Source: Candidatus Woesearchaeota archaeon (GTDB lineage Archaea > Nanobdellota > Nanobdellia > SCGC-AAA011-G17 > GW2011-AR18). Taken from it: a stretch of 47,816 nucleotides of DNA. This document shows positions 45,913 to 47,816 of this stretch, piece after piece (within the stretch, counting starts at the first letter, position 1; each line of letters begins with the position of its first letter). The DNA lies in the NCBI GenBank assembly GCA_018302765.1, contig JAGVZG010000007.1:1-47816 (forward strand). Direction: 5' to 3'. Below the pieces are notes generated by a model. It saw nothing but the letters and a program-made list of their open reading frames with translations, was not told the DNA's origin and made no database searches. Made by a program: the position numbers and the translations under genes.

Positions 45913-47598
45913 TTATTTTTTTGAATAATTATTTTTATCCCATTCATAATCTTTAAATTTATTCATCATACTTCCGGTGCATGATTTTTCCCTGTTCTCT
46001 CTCAGATTTCTATCAAACCCAAATGCATAATTCTCAAACCTGCAAATCATATTTCCAGTTTCAGTCGATTTGAAATTAACTAAACACTTATTATCATCTA
46101 AGCCTTCTATTTTTATCTCAAAATGTTCTTCAGGACTATAAATAACTTTATTGCACACTCTGAAGTTCTCTTCAAAACATCTATGATCTTTTAAGTCACA
46201 ATTCTTTTCTTCTACAACACTTCTTGATTCTTCGCCACCAAGCAAAATATATAGAACATCTTTAAGTATAACTTTATCTATATATACCAAATCATGTTTT
46301 ACTTCTATAACTGCTTTTTCATTTATATCTCTAGATTTTAATTTTGATTTTATTTCCTCAAGCTTATCATTGGCTGAATTGATTAAGTTTGCAGCTTTTA
46401 AGAATTTATCAGCATCTAATTTTTTGTCCTCAACTTTATAATAATCTGATAATATTTTCAATTGTTTGTATATTTTATTCAAATTAACTTTTAAATTTTC
46501 TATTTTTAAAGCAATAGATATTAATTCTGAAGTCTCAGGCAATTTTGAAACTTCCTCAAATTCTATTTCCTCTTTATTGCCCCTATAAATACAATCCATA
46601 TAAATAATACAGCCATTTTCATCCTTTTTTACAAATAAATTACCACCATAATTGATCTTGCACTTTTCTTTCATACCATTGGGAATTTCCTTAGTACAAA
46701 TAGACTTATACCCCTCTTTAGGTATGCATTTAATATTCTTACAGCCATTTTCATCCAAAACTTCTACAAGATAAGAATTCATTCTATCACATCTTTCTGC
46801 CACCTCTGCGCTCCACACAGGACATTTATTAACGCTCTCATATTTGCAGCTTGCTACTTCACAATTGTTTTTAAATTCAATTTTAAGAGAGGCATTTGAA
46901 GAAGCACACACTCTATTTATCTCTTGATAATTTATTGGCGGACAGTTGAACATTGAAAAACTCTGAGATTGCTCAAATTTTAAATCACAAAATGAATATT
47001 CACAACCATTTTCATTCTTCTTAACAGCAAATGTTCCATTTCTTGTCTCACAACTTTTCTTTTCTTCAGTTAAATCATAATTATAACAATTATTGGTTTT
47101 CTCTTGAGCTGAACACCTTGAATATTTACAGCCATTTACTATATAAGTTTCGAACTTTCCATTATATTCTTTTTCACATCTTATTTTTTCAAGCTCAAAA
47201 TTAGTTATCGTGCATTTATATAAACAGTCAGGAATTTCGCAATTATTAGAGTTATTTCTCATAACAAATTCTCCATGAACTTTTTCGCATTCTGATTTAT
47301 GAAAATCGATCTGTTCTTCACTATATTTTTGGCATTGATATGTTATTTTTACTGGTTCTGTTTGATTTGGAGTATAGTCAGCAGGTGGAGGAGGTGGATA
47401 ATCACATACTGGATAAGAACAACCATTGCTTTCAATCAATGAAAATTTACCGTTCTTGTCAGAACAATCTTTTTTTAGAGCCTCTATACCATCTTGAGTA
47501 TAAGGACATTCAATACTTGATTCATTGCTATCAGCTATAGAATAAGGTACAATTAATAAAATAAATACAACAAAACAAACAATAAAACCTCTTTTCAT
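45913..47598 (-). CDS. secreted Cys-repeat surface protein
   Basis: Signal peptide, seven ~33-38-aa four-Cys repeats ending N(G/N)C-x4-5-C, coiled coil, C-terminal Cys domain. Confidence 0.75.
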   Translation of the reverse strand: MKRGFIVCFVVFILLIVPYSIADSNESSIECPYTQDGIEALKKDCSDKNGKFSLIESNGCSYPVCDYPPPPPADYTPNQTEPVKITYQCQKYSEEQIDFHKSECEKVHGEFVMRNNSNNCEIPDCLYKCTITNFELEKIRCEKEYNGKFETYIVNGCKYSRCSAQEKTNNCYNYDLTEEKKSCETRNGTFAVKKNENGCEYSFCDLKFEQSQSFSMFNCPPINYQEINRVCASSNASLKIEFKNNCEVASCKYESVNKCPVWSAEVAERCDRMNSYLVEVLDENGCKNIKCIPKEGYKSICTKEIPNGMKEKCKINYGGNLFVKKDENGCIIYMDCIYRGNKEEIEFEEVSKLPETSELISIALKIENLKVNLNKIYKQLKILSDYYKVEDKKLDADKFLKAANLINSANDKLEEIKSKLKSRDINEKAVIEVKHDLVYIDKVILKDVLYILLGGEESRSVVEEKNCDLKDHRCFEENFRVCNKVIYSPEEHFEIKIEGLDDNKCLVNFKSTETGNMICRFENYAFGFDRNLRENREKSCTGSMMNKFKDYEWDKNNYSKK

Positions 47599-47685
47599 AT
47601 AAAAAATTTAGATTGGTTTATTTATATAACTTTTGATAAATACTTTTTTAAATTATGATATTTTTTCTATGCTTATTTTAATAGT

Positions 47686-47816
47686 TTACAAAGTGTTATT
47701 CCTATATATTATTCTTTCGGCTCTGTCCTGAGTCTCTAGAACAATACCTAACAAGTTATGGCAGATTAGTCTGCCATATATTTCAGCCTTTATTGTTTTA
47801 GCACTTTTAGAGCTTA
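47686..47816 (-). mobile_element. 3' end of a probable DDE (IS5/IS4-like) transposase with candidate terminal inverted repeat at 47719
   Basis: Partial frame SSKSAKTIKAEIYGRLICHNLL...; GC-rich GGCTCTGTCCTGAGTCTC at 47719-47736 resembles GGC-starting IS5-group ends. The other end is outside the window. Confidence 0.5.

Noticed and set aside
1653-47540. Numerous antisense or nested ORFs in the track (e.g. 1653..1919, 10070..10432, 12659..13018, 28662..29024, 44103..44372)
   Set aside because: They are shadows of well-supported genes on the opposite strand, without motifs or ribosome-binding sites.
1-47816. CRISPR array, cas genes or rRNA
   Set aside because: No regularly spaced direct repeats, cas motifs or rRNA-like sequence observed.

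Overview
AT-rich archaeal chromosomal segment. The gene set and divergence point to a reduced-genome DPANN organism (Woesearchaeota/Pacearchaeota-like; inferred, not searched). The backbone is housekeeping: ribosomal proteins, rpoP, TFB, Spt5, SecE, FtsZ, SepF, Cdc6, eIF5A with deoxyhypusine synthase, Bud32, TrmY, Lsm. Five things stand out. (1) At the left edge is a diversity-generating retroelement: VR 1-74 and TR 380-474 differ at 18 positions, all TR adenines. It appears disabled or atypical, with an in-frame TGA in the RT, a 21-nt TR segment absent from the VR, and no avd beside the RT. (2) Four of five tRNA genes carry introns, 8 in total at 6 positions. These include a triple-intron tRNA-Gln(UUG) and a tRNA-Leu(UAG) whose anticodon lies on a 7-nt middle exon. 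(3) A translationally coupled four-gene operon (36057-25249) encodes a class III signal-peptide protein and a 2257-aa secreted protein ending in lytic transglycosylase plus M23 peptidase domains, i.e. peptidoglycan-attacking modules in an archaeon. (4) A seven-gene Cys/His-rich membrane cluster contains two MVGGC-tailed proteins. (5) There are several uncalled micro-ORFs with strong ribosome-binding sites, several pseudogenes, and the 3' end of a probable IS at the right edge. All product calls come from motif recognition by eye; no database searches were run.
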